The notes beneath the pieces are model-generated. The model did no database searches and was not told where the DNA came from. It saw only the letters and a list, made by a program, of their open reading frames with translations. 53,921 bases of DNA from Bryobacterales bacterium (lineage in GTDB: Bacteria > Acidobacteriota > Terriglobia > Bryobacterales > Bryobacteraceae): assembly GCA_027450225.1 (NCBI GenBank), contig DAIDJK010000144.1:1-53921 (forward strand). Direction: 5' to 3'. Shown in pieces: positions 26,366 through 34,632 of this stretch. Every line of letters starts with the position of its first letter. Within the stretch, counting starts at the first letter, position 1. The position numbers were made by a program, and so were the translations under genes.

Positions 26366-28240
26366 TCATTCGTCGCGGACGACGAGAATCGGGATTCGCA
26401 GGGCGTGGCGGACGGGGTTAATGGTGTTGCCGAAGATCAGGTCTTTGATGCCGCCGTGGCCATGCGCGCCCATGACGAGGAGATCCGGCTGGATCTCCCG
26501 GGCGTAACGGACGATTTCTTTTCGAGGATTCCCGCTGTGGCGAATGGCAGTTTCCACGTCGATCTCCATTTCGCTCAAGGACTGAACGAGCTCGTCGAGA
26601 TACTGTTGGCCGGCCTGCACTTCGGCAGTGGACGATTCCTGGCCGAAGACCTGGCTGGTGACGCCTTCTTCGACGTGCAGCAGATAGAGGCGGGCGCGAT
26701 TTCGGGCGCCAAGCCCGGCCGCGTGGCTGAGGGCGATCCGGTCGAGTGGAGAATGGTCGAGGGGGACGAGGATCTTCGAGTAGCGGGGGACTTCGACGAC
26801 ATCCGCGGTGCGCTTTTCGAGGCCGAGCGCGGGAGTTTCATGATGGGTCCGCGGCTGGAAGGAGATGCGGACCAGCAGACCGAGGAGCATGGCGCAGACG
26901 GAAATCGACACCGTCCAGACGACAGCCGCCCAGTGTCCGGCGGACTGAGACCATTGCTGGATGGTCTGGGCGGCAAGCCAGATGTTGAGACCGAGGACCA
27001 CGGCGGCGGTTAGCCAGCCGAGCGCGCGCAGCGGCCAGTTGCTGGCGAATTCGCCCATGCGGCGCCGATCGTTGGTGAACTGGATGAGCGGGATGATGGC
27101 GAAGGGCAGCTGCAGATTCAGCACCACCTGGCTGAGCAGCAGGAGGCCGAATGTGCCTCCCGGGCCGGCAAACCAGATGACCGCCACGGCGGGGGCGATG
27201 GCAAGCACCCGGGTCACGAGACGGCGCAGCCACGGGCGCACGCGGATATTGAGGAAGCCCTCCATCACGATCTGTCCGGCCATGGTGCCGGTGAGGGTGG
27301 AAGACTGGCCGGAGCAGAGCAGGGCGACGCCGAAAAGCTTGCTGGCGAGCGCGGTCCCCATCAGCGGCGCAAGCAGCAGATAAGCCTGCTGGATTTCCGT
27401 AACATCCTTGTGGAAGCGATAAAACACCGCCGCGGCGAGGATCAGAATGGCGGCGTTGATGAACATGGCGCCGTTCAGAGCGATGACGCAATCGAGCAGA
27501 TTGTAGCGGCAGGCGACGCGCTTCTCTTCCGTGCTGCGGCCAATGCGGCGCGTCTGCACCAGCGCGGAGTGGAGATAGAGATTGTGCGGCATCACCGTAG
27601 CGCCAAGCATCGCTACCGCGGTATAGAGGCTTGCGCCATTGATGCGCGGCAGCAGGCCGGCGATAATGCCGCCGGCGTCCGGGTGCGCGCGGGCGATCTC
27701 GAATACGAAACAGCCCCCGATCACGAAAATGAGGCCAAGGATAAGCGCTTCCAGATAGCGTATTCCGAAGCGCTGCAGGCCGAGCACGATGAGGGTGTCG
27801 GCCCCGGTGAGAAGAACGGCCACGATCAGGGGGATACGGAACAGCAGATTCAGCGCGATTGCCGCCCCCAGCACTTCGGCGAGATCGCAGGCCACGATGG
27901 CGATTTCACAAAGCAGCCAGAGCGCGATGTTGACCGTCCGGGGGTAGGTTTCACGGCAAGCCTGCGCGAGATCGCGGCCCGTGACAATGCCGAGGCGCGC
28001 ACCGAGCGTCTGCAACAGCACGGCCATGGCGTTCGACATGACCAGTACCCAGAGCAGGCGATAGCCGAAATGGGCGCCGCCGTCGAGATCCGTGGCCCAG
28101 TTGCCGGGATCCATGTAGCCGACGCTGACCAGATAGGCGGGTCCGGCGAAGGCCAGCATGCGCCTCCACGTACCGGCGTGGTCCGTACGGACGGTCTGAT
28201 GAACGTCCGCAAGCGACCGCATTTCGAGTGGCCCCGGCAT
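26366..28240 (-). CDS. mntH: Nramp-family divalent metal (Mn2+/Fe2+):H+ symporter fused to a C-terminal universal stress protein (USP) domain
   Basis: 624 aa with the Nramp signature GPAYLVSVGYMDPGNWATDL and MPHNLYLHSALV across about 11-12 TM helices. The C-terminal about 145 aa read YSKILVPLDHSPLDRIALSHAAGL...LYLLHVEEG...DLLVMGAHGHGGIKDLIFGNTINPVRHALRIPILVV, which is the USP/UspA fold pattern including the G-2x-G-9x-G(S/T)-like ATP motif. Confidence 0.9.
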   Translation of the reverse strand: MPGPLEMRSLADVHQTVRTDHAGTWRRMLAFAGPAYLVSVGYMDPGNWATDLDGGAHFGYRLLWVLVMSNAMAVLLQTLGARLGIVTGRDLAQACRETYPRTVNIALWLLCEIAIVACDLAEVLGAAIALNLLFRIPLIVAVLLTGADTLIVLGLQRFGIRYLEALILGLIFVIGGCFVFEIARAHPDAGGIIAGLLPRINGASLYTAVAMLGATVMPHNLYLHSALVQTRRIGRSTEEKRVACRYNLLDCVIALNGAMFINAAILILAAAVFYRFHKDVTEIQQAYLLLAPLMGTALASKLFGVALLCSGQSSTLTGTMAGQIVMEGFLNIRVRPWLRRLVTRVLAIAPAVAVIWFAGPGGTFGLLLLSQVVLNLQLPFAIIPLIQFTNDRRRMGEFASNWPLRALGWLTAAVVLGLNIWLAAQTIQQWSQSAGHWAAVVWTVSISVCAMLLGLLVRISFQPRTHHETPALGLEKRTADVVEVPRYSKILVPLDHSPLDRIALSHAAGLGARNRARLYLLHVEEGVTSQVFGQESSTAEVQAGQQYLDELVQSLSEMEIDVETAIRHSGNPRKEIVRYAREIQPDLLVMGAHGHGGIKDLIFGNTINPVRHALRIPILVVRDE

Positions 28241-28294
28241 AAGTGTGCTTATACCAGGTTAGCGTGAGTGGTCGTTCAGCGCCGCCGTTCGCCG

Positions 28295-28966
28295 TCAGCG
28301 CCCGTGGCGGCTGTCGGCTGTTTCCGGGGAAATCGTGCTCATCAGCGTGTGGACCTGGTGTTCGAGCTCCGCGACGCGCCGTCGCAACGCTTCGATCTCC
28401 TGGCCCTCCGGGTCGGGAAGCTTGCCGTGATCGAGAACCCCGTCGGACGATGCTCGTGTGCGCACCACGCGGCCCGGGATGCCGACCACCGTCGAATGAT
28501 CCGGCACCGGATGCACGACAACCGAGCCTGCGCCGATCTTGACGTGATCGCCGATGCGGATGCTGCCGAGAACCTTCGCGCCGCTGCCGATCACGACATG
28601 GTTGCCGATGGTCGGGTGGCGCTTGCCGCGCTCGTTGCCGGTACCGCCCAGCGTCACGCCCTGGAAAATCAGAACGTCGTCGCCAATTTCGGTGGTTTCG
28701 CCTATAACGACACCCATGCCGTGATCGATGAAGAAGCGTCGCCCAATTGTTGCGCCGGGGTGGATTTCGATTCCCGTGTAGAAGCGGACGATGGAGGAAA
28801 GAAATCGCGGAAGCAGCGGAACCCTGGCCTTGTACAGCGCGTGCGCCACGCGGTGCCAGAGAATGGCGTGCAAACCGGGATAGCAGAGAACGATCTCCAG
28901 CACACTCCGGGCAGCGGGATCTTCCCGGAGAATGGTATCGATCTGTTCTCTGATTGCGCTAAACAT
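28295..28966 (-). CDS. cysE: Serine O-acetyltransferase
   Basis: 223 aa. The sequence [43 protein letters not shown]...[47 protein letters not shown] is the classic CysE N-domain plus hexapeptide repeat. Confidence 0.9.
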   Translation of the reverse strand: MFSAIREQIDTILREDPAARSVLEIVLCYPGLHAILWHRVAHALYKARVPLLPRFLSSIVRFYTGIEIHPGATIGRRFFIDHGMGVVIGETTEIGDDVLIFQGVTLGGTGNERGKRHPTIGNHVVIGSGAKVLGSIRIGDHVKIGAGSVVVHPVPDHSTVVGIPGRVVRTRASSDGVLDHGKLPDPEGQEIEALRRRVAELEHQVHTLMSTISPETADSRHGR

Positions 28967-29007
28967 GGCGCTCGACGCGCTCCGCGCCGGTCCTTATCCG
29001 ATGCGCC

Positions 29008-29508
29008 TCAATGCGCGGAAGCTTCGGCCGTTTCAACGATCACCGGAGGGACGGCGCCCGGCGGAACCGGGGCCAGCATGTCTTCCTTGCGATACACGAG
29101 CGTTGAAGTGTTGTAGCTGGCGACTTCGAATCCGTGGCCGTGCGTGATCGCGTCGGTGGGGCAGGCCTCCACGCAGAAGCCGCAGAAAATGCAACGGTTA
29201 TAGTCGATGTTGTAAACCTGCGCATAGCGCTCGCCGCCGCTGATGCGCACCTTCTCGGTATTCTCCGCCGCTTCGATGTAGATGCAGTTGGCCGGACAGG
29301 CGGCGGCGCAAAGGAAGCACGCCACGCATTTTTCCAGTCCGTTTTCATCGCGCTGCAGTACGTGCGCGCCGCGGAATCTGGCCTGGAATTTGGGCGGCTC
29401 GTCGGGATAGTTCTCCGTCACTGTGGGAGACATCATCTCCTTGAAGGTGACGCCCATACCTTTGGCGACGGCCGATGCCGCGCCGATCACATCACTGAGC
29501 TTTGCCAT
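29008..29508 (-). CDS. nuoI: NADH-quinone oxidoreductase subunit I (2x[4Fe-4S] ferredoxin-type subunit), not next to other nuo genes
   Basis: 166 aa with the NuoI-specific context ...TENYPDEPPKFQARFRGAHVL.RDENGLEKCVACFLCAAACPANCI...YNIDYNRCIFCGFCVEACPTDAI. Confidence 0.85.
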   Translation of the reverse strand: MAKLSDVIGAASAVAKGMGVTFKEMMSPTVTENYPDEPPKFQARFRGAHVLQRDENGLEKCVACFLCAAACPANCIYIEAAENTEKVRISGGERYAQVYNIDYNRCIFCGFCVEACPTDAITHGHGFEVASYNTSTLVYRKEDMLAPVPPGAVPPVIVETAEASAH

Positions 29509-29628
29509 TTTTGCGATTGGGAGGCCCGGCGCGTGATACCGGAAAAGTGCTCCGTGTCCTCTGCATACATCTTATCGGAAGCGCCCTCGACCATGCTCGA
29601 CTCCGCACGGGAGTCAGTTCTTCGAGCT

Positions 29629-30099
29629 TCAACCGGGGCGGTGAGCCGGTACGAAATCGCAGAACGAAAAGATCTTCGCGCCAAAGCGGCGGGCAAGTTC
29701 TTCGAGGCCCCGCTTCTCGAAGCCGTCAAACGAAAGCGAAATAAGTCCGTCCGCCTCAACCAGAAAGACAGAGGGAACGTGGGTAATGCCGTATGCTTTG
29801 CTGGCCGCGTAAGAAGGACCAGGGTCGATCAGCATGGGGAACGAAAGGCCGAAACGCTGGCGGAACTTCCCGGTATCGGCGGCGTTATCCTGCGAGATCG
29901 CAATCAACTGCGGCGCATCCCCGTTCCGGCCCGACGCCAGCCGCTCGAGAAACGGCATGGTGAACTGACAGGTCGGGCAGGAAACCTTGAAGAAGACAAC
30001 CATCACGGCGCCGCGCTTTCTTGCTTCAGAGAGCGTAAAATTCCCGGTGGCCGAATCGGCGATCTCGATCTCCGGCGCGGCGCTGCCCGGCTGGAGCAT
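29629..30099 (-). CDS. Thioredoxin-fold redoxin (TlpA/AhpC-TSA-like thiol-disulfide oxidoreductase)
   Basis: 156 aa. GSAAPEIEI.D..G..FTLSEARKRGAVMVVFFKVSCPTCQ contains the CxxC active site. Its ATG overlaps the STAS gene stop (TAATG). Confidence 0.8.
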   Translation of the reverse strand: MLQPGSAAPEIEIADSATGNFTLSEARKRGAVMVVFFKVSCPTCQFTMPFLERLASGRNGDAPQLIAISQDNAADTGKFRQRFGLSFPMLIDPGPSYAASKAYGITHVPSVFLVEADGLISLSFDGFEKRGLEELARRFGAKIFSFCDFVPAHRPG

Positions 30100-30503
30100 T
30101 ATTCTTCCTCGGACCCCTTTACGAAAGACAAAATGTCGAAGCGCTTGGCGACGCGCCCGGGGAAAAAGCTGTTCACCGCCTCGGTTTCGTCGTCAAAAGC
30201 CTCAAAAATCGTGTCGATCTTGGTCATCACCAGCAGTTCCATGTTGCGCCGGTTCATGTGCTCGAGCCGTGCGGCGCCACCCGCCTTCCGGACCGCTGTC
30301 CCGCACATGACGAGCGCACCGAGCCCAGTACTGTCGATGTAATCCACGGATTTGAGATTCAGGATCAGTCGGGGTTCCGGCGCGCGGGCGAGTTTTTCAA
30401 TCTCCGCACGGAATTTTGTAGCCTCCTCGCCGGCCGTAATACGGCCTGTGAGGTCGAGTATGGTGACCCCTTCCCGATCGCGTTGCCTGATTTCGAGACT
30501 CAT
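30099..30503 (-). CDS. STAS-domain anti-sigma-factor antagonist (SpoIIAA/RsbV-like)
   Basis: 134 aa. VTILDLTGRITAGEEATKFRAEIEKL....RLILNLKSVDYIDSTGLGALV contains the phosphorylatable Ser in the DST/DSSG-like motif. No partner kinase or phosphatase gene is nearby. Confidence 0.85.
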   Translation of the reverse strand: MSLEIRQRDREGVTILDLTGRITAGEEATKFRAEIEKLARAPEPRLILNLKSVDYIDSTGLGALVMCGTAVRKAGGAARLEHMNRRNMELLVMTKIDTIFEAFDDETEAVNSFFPGRVAKRFDILSFVKGSEEE

Positions 30504-30598
30504 CGCACCAAAGCGCTGCTCTACAGTCTAGTTTTTTAAGAATCAGCGAATCAACTTCAGAATCCAGTTAAAACGCGGCGGACTGCTCCGCCGGTACC

Positions 30599-31579
30599 AT
30601 GCCCCTAGCCTGGACGAGCAGGAACTGGACAGAACGAACCTGGACTGAAGAAGCCTGGAAGGAGCGCGAGATCGCGGTACTTTCACGCATCGAACGAGCC
30701 GGTGGCGATGCTGCTGCATGGCAAATCGGGCGACGGGCCGCCCGCAGCGTATTGCGCAATTACAGCACCAGTTTTTTCCTCGTCACCCGATTTCTGCCCT
30801 CGGCCAAGCGCGACCAGGTGGACGCGATCTATGCGGCTGTCCGGTATCCGGATGAGATCGTTGATACCTTCCCTCTCGACTCGGCGGCGAAACTGGCGCG
30901 AATCTCCGCCTGGCGGAGCGCTTACCGGCGGTCCCTCTCGGCCAGTTCCTGCGGCGAAGCGATTCGCGCCGGCGTCCCCCTGTTCCTCGCGCTTTTTTCC
31001 GACGTGGTGCGGCGCAATGGCATTCCCCACGACTTCTATGAGAGCTTTCTCGACGCCATGTCAGCCGACGCGCAGCCCTCTGCTTACGCCAGTCTCGATG
31101 ACCTGATCGACAACTACGTTTACGGAAGCGCCATCGTGGTCGGCTATTTTCTTGCTTACGTTTACGGCGCGGAACGCCCGTCGGACTGGCAGCGGGCGCT
31201 CGATGCCGCACGCGATCTCGGCATCGCTCTGCAGTTGACCAATTTTGTGCGCGACGTGTCGGACGACCAGCGGCGCGGGCGGGTTTATATTCCTCAGGAT
31301 CTGCTCCGCGCGAAAGGGTTGAGCGGCGCGCGCCTCGAACTGGCCCGAATCGCCGAGCGGAAATACCAGGCGGCGCTGCAGAACCTGGATGCGTTCGCGG
31401 CCGATTCGCGGGTCGCCATCCGAGCCTGCATCGACGTATACGGGAAACTGAACCATCGGGTCGCGGCCAACCCGGATGGCCTCACGCACCGGCAGACGGT
31501 TCCGGCGATCGATAAATTCAAAAGCCTGCCGCCGGCGAAATTCTGGCGCATTCCGCTCGCCTATCTGGGGGCAATCTGA
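30599..31579 (+). CDS. crtB: Phytoene synthase (squalene/phytoene synthase family)
   Basis: 326 aa. NYSTSFFLVTRFLPSAKRDQVDAIYAAVRYPDEIVD is the first Asp-rich region, and YVYGSAIVVG...LQLTNFVRDVSDDQRRGRVYIP is the second. The cluster context (GGPP synthase, desaturases) favours phytoene over squalene. Confidence 0.8.
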   Translation: MPLAWTSRNWTERTWTEEAWKEREIAVLSRIERAGGDAAAWQIGRRAARSVLRNYSTSFFLVTRFLPSAKRDQVDAIYAAVRYPDEIVDTFPLDSAAKLARISAWRSAYRRSLSASSCGEAIRAGVPLFLALFSDVVRRNGIPHDFYESFLDAMSADAQPSAYASLDDLIDNYVYGSAIVVGYFLAYVYGAERPSDWQRALDAARDLGIALQLTNFVRDVSDDQRRGRVYIPQDLLRAKGLSGARLELARIAERKYQAALQNLDAFAADSRVAIRACIDVYGKLNHRVAANPDGLTHRQTVPAIDKFKSLPPAKFWRIPLAYLGAI

Positions 31580-31599
31580 ACGGGGCGCCGCACGTTGGG

Positions 31600-33084
31600 G
31601 TGGTGGGCGCCGGGCTGGGAGGGCTCAGCGCGGCAATCCATCTGCGCCGGGCCGGATACCGGGTGACCGTGTATGAGCGTAATTCGCGTGTCGGCGGGCG
31701 GGCCAACCGCATTGAGCATGGCGGATTCCGCTGCGATACCGGCCCTACGCTGCTGAACTACCCGTGGATCTTCGAGCAGCTTTTCGAAGCAGCGGGACGC
31801 CGGCTCGGCGATTACGTGCGGCTGTTGCCGGTGGATCCTTCGGTCGAGTTCCGCTGGCCCGACGGCGCCCGCTTTCAGCTCTCGAGTGACATGAACCGGT
31901 TGCTGGCCGAATGCGAGCGGCTCGATCCGGGCTCGTCGTCCTCGATGCTCGATTTTTTTCAGGACGCCGCCGCGAAATTCCGGCTCTCTTTCGACAAACT
32001 GGTCACGAGCAACGAGACGAGTCCGCTGCGCTGGATTGGCCGGTTGCGCGTACGGGAAATCCTGCGAACCTCGATCTGGCGTTCGCTCGACGGGGAACTG
32101 GCGCGCTTCTTCAAATCCCGCTACATTCGCGAGGCGTTCGGCTCATACGGGATGTACCTTGGCGGGTCGCCGTTTGAGTTGCCGGGCGTATTCTCCATCC
32201 TGCCTTACGGCGAAATCGCCCATGGATTGTGGCTTCCGAAGGGCGGAATCCACGCCCTGGTCGAGGCGATCGCGCGCATCGCCGGGGAGACGGGCGTTGA
32301 GATTGAGACAGACACGGACGTATCGCGAATCGATGTTGCGGAAGGGCGTGTACGAGGCATCGAGTTCACCGATGGCCGGTATCGGGAGCACTCGATCGTG
32401 GTGTCGAATGTGGATCGGCCTTCCACGGACCGGGACCTGCTCGGCGGGGCTCACAAATCATCGCGAAAGCCGCCGAAGATGACGCCGGGCGTGATGACTT
32501 TCTACTGGGGCGTACGCGGGCGCATCGAGGGACTCGGTCACCACACCATCTTCCTGCCGGAAGACTACCGTGGAGCTTTCCGCGACCTCTGCCAACGCAG
32601 GAGGATTCCGTCCGGGCTGCCGTTCTATGCTGCGATTCCGTCTGAAACCGACCCCGATCTCGCGCCCGCCGGCGCCTCCACGCTGTTTGTCCTCGTGCCG
32701 ACTCCGCTTCTGAGCGAAATGCCGGGTTGTGACTGGAAAGCGGCGGCGTGCGACGTTCGCGCGAGGGTGCTCGCAACGCTCGGCCTCGACCCCGCGCGCA
32801 TTGTCTTCGAAGAAGTCTGGACGCCGGAAGACTGGAGTGAGCGCTTCGGCCTCTTCGACGGATCGGCGTTCGGCGCCTCGCACATCCTGCGGCAGATCGG
32901 CCCGCTTCGGCAGCCCAACTATTCGCCTGAAGTTGGCGGCCTGTATTACGCCGGCGCCAGTACGACTCCGGGAACGGGGATGCCCATGGTGGCGCTCAGC
33001 GGACGGATGGCGGCCGAAAGGATTGTCGAGCGGCACGGCGTTCCGGAAGCAATGGGGATTGAGGATTTTGCCCATGCACGTTGA
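31600..33084 (+). CDS. crtI: Phytoene desaturase-family FAD oxidoreductase (CrtI-type)
   Basis: 494 aa from a GTG start with the dinucleotide fold VGAGLGGLSAAIHLRRAGYRVTVYERNSRVGGRA. The C-terminal motif is GLYYAGASTTPGTGMPMVALSG. Its exact role (CrtI versus CrtD) cannot be told apart from the paralogue at 34633. Confidence 0.75.
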   Translation: MVGAGLGGLSAAIHLRRAGYRVTVYERNSRVGGRANRIEHGGFRCDTGPTLLNYPWIFEQLFEAAGRRLGDYVRLLPVDPSVEFRWPDGARFQLSSDMNRLLAECERLDPGSSSSMLDFFQDAAAKFRLSFDKLVTSNETSPLRWIGRLRVREILRTSIWRSLDGELARFFKSRYIREAFGSYGMYLGGSPFELPGVFSILPYGEIAHGLWLPKGGIHALVEAIARIAGETGVEIETDTDVSRIDVAEGRVRGIEFTDGRYREHSIVVSNVDRPSTDRDLLGGAHKSSRKPPKMTPGVMTFYWGVRGRIEGLGHHTIFLPEDYRGAFRDLCQRRRIPSGLPFYAAIPSETDPDLAPAGASTLFVLVPTPLLSEMPGCDWKAAACDVRARVLATLGLDPARIVFEEVWTPEDWSERFGLFDGSAFGASHILRQIGPLRQPNYSPEVGGLYYAGASTTPGTGMPMVALSGRMAAERIVERHGVPEAMGIEDFAHAR

Positions 33085-33820
33085 GCGCTTCGGTCATGGT
33101 CCGGTGGAACTGCTGTGCCTGCACGGCTGGAGCGGCGATCATCGCACCTTCGAGCCATTGGCCCACCTGATTCCGGATGGCTACAGCCTGCTTTGTCCCG
33201 ATCTGCCGGGGTGCGGGAGATCGGCCGCGCCGGAGAACTGGTCGGCCGAAGCGATCGTCGAAGCCCTGGCGCCATGGCACCGGCCCCGCATGATTGGCAA
33301 TTGCAGTGGGGCGATCTTCGCGCTGCTGCTCGCGCAAAGGCGGCCGGTGGAGTGGATCACGATGATTGACGCCTTCGCTTACTGGCCGTGGTACTTCCGG
33401 TTGTTTCTTGCGCCGGGATGGGGCCGCCATGCGTACGGGGCCGCGTTTGCGAATCCGGTGGGCCGCCGGATTGCGGATCTGTCGCTCGCGAAACATCGGG
33501 CGGCTTCCACCAGTCTCACCGAGGGATTCGCCGGCGTCGATCACAAAATGACTTACCGCTACCTGCAACTGCTTGCGGAGATCGGGCCGCCAGAGCAGTT
33601 TCGCGGTGTGGATGCCGCAATCCGAATCGTCCACGGCGCGCGCACCTTTGCCGCCATACGCCGTTCGGCCGCAATCTGGAAAAGCATTTTTCCGGCGGCT
33701 CAGGAATCCGAATTAAAGGGCGCGGGGCATCTGCCGATTCTCGAGGCCGCCCCCGCACTCAGCCGCATCATTTTCAGGGAGCCAGCTTGTCAGCAACCCT
33801 CGACACTATCCGTCAACTGA
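33074..33820 (+). CDS. Alpha/beta-hydrolase-fold protein with Cys at the nucleophile elbow (G-N-C-S-G)
   Basis: I start it at MHVERFGHGPVELLCLHGWSGDHRTF (ATG 33074), an 11-nt overlap with the crtI end. It has HGW/PDLPGCGRS oxyanion-region motifs, the elbow MIGNCSGAIFAL, and a C-terminal catalytic-His context LKGAGHLPILE. Confidence 0.7.
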   Translation: MHVERFGHGPVELLCLHGWSGDHRTFEPLAHLIPDGYSLLCPDLPGCGRSAAPENWSAEAIVEALAPWHRPRMIGNCSGAIFALLLAQRRPVEWITMIDAFAYWPWYFRLFLAPGWGRHAYGAAFANPVGRRIADLSLAKHRAASTSLTEGFAGVDHKMTYRYLQLLAEIGPPEQFRGVDAAIRIVHGARTFAAIRRSAAIWKSIFPAAQESELKGAGHLPILEAAPALSRIIFREPACQQPSTLSVN

Positions 33821-34626
33821 TCGAACAGGCTCTGGAACGCAGCCTTCCGCAGAGCACCCTTGCGGGAAACGCGCGCCTGAACGCAGCCATCCGGGACGCC
33901 GTATTTCCGGGCGGCAGGCGGATGCGGCCGCTCTTTACGCTGCTCGGCGCGTCGGCCGCTGGCGTCAGTCTGGAGCATGCCGCGCCTGCCGCGTGTGCGG
34001 TGGAGTTTCTGCATTCGAGTTCGCTGATTTTCGACGATCTGCCGTCGATGGATGACGCGCGTTTGCGCCGCGGCCGCCCGGCGATTCATGCCCGCCACGG
34101 GGAATCGCTGGCCGTGCTGGCCGGACTCGCTCTGTTCAACGAAGCATGGCGGCTGTTCGGATCGTCGCCCGCACTGGCGCGCGCCGCGGCGTCTGCAATC
34201 GGCGTGGATGGCATGATCGGCGGGCAGGGGATCGATCTGCTCGGTCCCGCCTTCGATCCGGCCGCGCGCGACCGCAAGACCACGAGCCTGATGGGGCTTA
34301 CGTTCGCCGCCGGCGCCCTTCTCGGCGGCGCGAAGGCCGAACACGCCCTGCTTCTTTCGCACTGCGGAGAACGGATCGGACGCGCCTATCAGGTTCTGGA
34401 CGATCTGATGGACGATTGCGCCGCCACGGGCAAAACGACCGGACAGGATGCGCGCCACGGACGTTTCTCGCATTCGGGACAGACGGGCGCGCGCGAGCAC
34501 GCGATGGCGGAAATCGCAAATTGCGCCGGTCTTCTCGGCAAAACCTTCGGCGACCCGGCCCGGCCGCTTTTGGCCGCCATCCATGACATGTTCGATTCCG
34601 CGGTTGCGGACGCAGCCGCCGCCTAA
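33787..34626 (+). CDS. crtE: Polyprenyl (geranylgeranyl) diphosphate synthase
   Basis: TTG 33787 is preceded by AGGGAG (33776-81). The first Asp-rich motif is LIFDDLPSMDDARLRRGRP and the second is YQVLDDLMDD. The longer track ORF (from 33388) overlaps the hydrolase in another frame and has no homology-like sequence upstream of SATLDTIRQ. Confidence 0.8.
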   Translation: MSATLDTIRQLIEQALERSLPQSTLAGNARLNAAIRDAVFPGGRRMRPLFTLLGASAAGVSLEHAAPAACAVEFLHSSSLIFDDLPSMDDARLRRGRPAIHARHGESLAVLAGLALFNEAWRLFGSSPALARAAASAIGVDGMIGGQGIDLLGPAFDPAARDRKTTSLMGLTFAAGALLGGAKAEHALLLSHCGERIGRAYQVLDDLMDDCAATGKTTGQDARHGRFSHSGQTGAREHAMAEIANCAGLLGKTFGDPARPLLAAIHDMFDSAVADAAAA

Positions 34627-34632
34627 CTCTCG

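Noticed and set aside
29599-29615. Hairpin GACTCC-gcacg-GGAGTC just downstream (minus strand) of the redoxin gene, considered as a terminator before nuoI
   Set aside because: The stem is only 6 bp and no U-tract follows on the minus strand. That is insufficient for an intrinsic terminator call.
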